A program made the position numbers and the translations under genes. Positions 63,100-64,000 of a stretch of DNA of 64,000 nt are shown piece after piece (positions within the stretch are counted from its first letter, which is position 1; every line of letters begins with the position of its first letter). Source of the DNA: Pavona decussata. Its lineage: Eukaryota. The notes under the pieces are model-generated. The model ran no database searches. It was given only the letters and a program-made list of their open reading frames with translations, and was not told the DNA's origin. The stretch is from contig CDRNST010000034.1 in assembly GCA_977016875.1 (NCBI GenBank), forward strand, positions 806,001 through 870,000. Direction: 5' to 3'.

Positions 63100-63279
63100 C
63101 AAGGCTGTGCTCTAAAACATATTAGGGAGGCCTTCAGGCTCCCAACCATGTCAAGTAGGCTGCCTATACCTCAAGTTTAAAGTTTATAACCTGCAATTGC
63201 ACCAATGTCTGGACGTTTTGTCTAAGTACCCAAAACTATGAAATGCTAGGTGCCGGCGCGGCTTAAGAGCACAGCGTTG
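63100..63279. mobile_element. Small hAT5-like MITE
   Basis: TIR CAA(G/C)GCTGTGCTCT; left end with TTAGGGAG-CCTTCAGGCTCC resembles the 18811 terminus; TSD degenerate. Confidence 0.55.
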
Positions 63280-64000
63280 AGGCCCAACCTTGCTTACAAT
63301 ATCCAATTCTCTGGGAGAAATACAACTTAAATTATAGTTAGAAAACTTACCAAAATCAAAATTCATCAATTCTTCATCGGTCTCCTTTAGGCAGTCTGGA
63401 TTGTTTTCCTTGGTATACTCTCAGGCCTAGTCGTAGTTGTTACATTTTGTCACAAGTTGGACTTCTATCATTATCTTAAATTGAAGACAATTATGGTTTA
63501 TGTTAGAACGAACCCAAAAACGTTTTTTTTATTCTGATGCTTCTTTTCGTAGTCACAAAATGTAACAATGCTTTGGGTGCAAATACTTCACCATTTATAA
63601 CAAATGAAACATTGTTGATGATGCAAAATTTTGCTCTATTGAGCAGGAAAATCTTTTTGAATAAAGGCAAAAATATTCTGCTTCATGAAACATTTTTCCA
63701 CATTTTTTCCATTGTTTACCTCAAGCAGACACCATTATATATTAATACAGATTTTGTACTCACTTGATTATATGTCTTGAAGCCTGGATACTCTTCCAGG
63801 ATTTTCTTCACAGAGCCCTTTCCTGTTAGCTTTTCAATATACTTTCTTCGGTGGGCCAGAGATGGTGTTAGAAGGGCTTTTATTTTTTTATGATTGGCTT
63901 TTCAGCAATCATTTCAATTTTGAGCTGCGAGTCGTGTCCCTCTGCTGTTGAAGTGGTCTGTTGGGTTGATGTTCCAGTTGGTCCTTCCTTGTTTTTCCTT

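Noticed and set aside
133-63767. Most of the 60-140-aa ORFs in the six-frame track
   Set aside because: Non-ATG starts, antisense shadows of real ORFs, or low-complexity sequence, with no recognisable domains.
62700-64000. Decayed minus-strand gene at the window end
   Set aside because: It looks coding-like, but no diagnostic motif could be read.

Overview
This is AT-rich, intron-containing animal DNA. The repeat families look like those of a cnidarian, probably a stony coral (inference). Bases 4.7-12.0 kb hold a complete 9-exon WDR82 (Swd2) gene on the minus strand (324 aa), with MITEs, a SINE and a LINE fragment in its introns and 3' flank. The remaining ~50 kb, starting just beyond the WDR82 promoter, has no recognisable host gene. 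It is a dense, nested pile of transposon pieces from many superfamilies: hAT, Harbinger, DIRS/Ngaro, Gypsy, BEL, Polinton-like, Chapaev-like, Kolobok-like, Sola-like, BEN-domain genes and L2. Two things stand out. First, about 25 of the ~27 coding fragments I could orient lie on the minus strand, the layout expected of a flamenco-like uni-strand piRNA cluster read divergently from WDR82. Second, an apparently intact 7.1-kb hAT element (16-bp TIRs, 5-bp TSD) encodes a spliced ~1159-aa transposase fused to an N-terminal OTU/vertnin-like cysteine-protease domain. All family assignments come from motif recognition by eye, not database searches.
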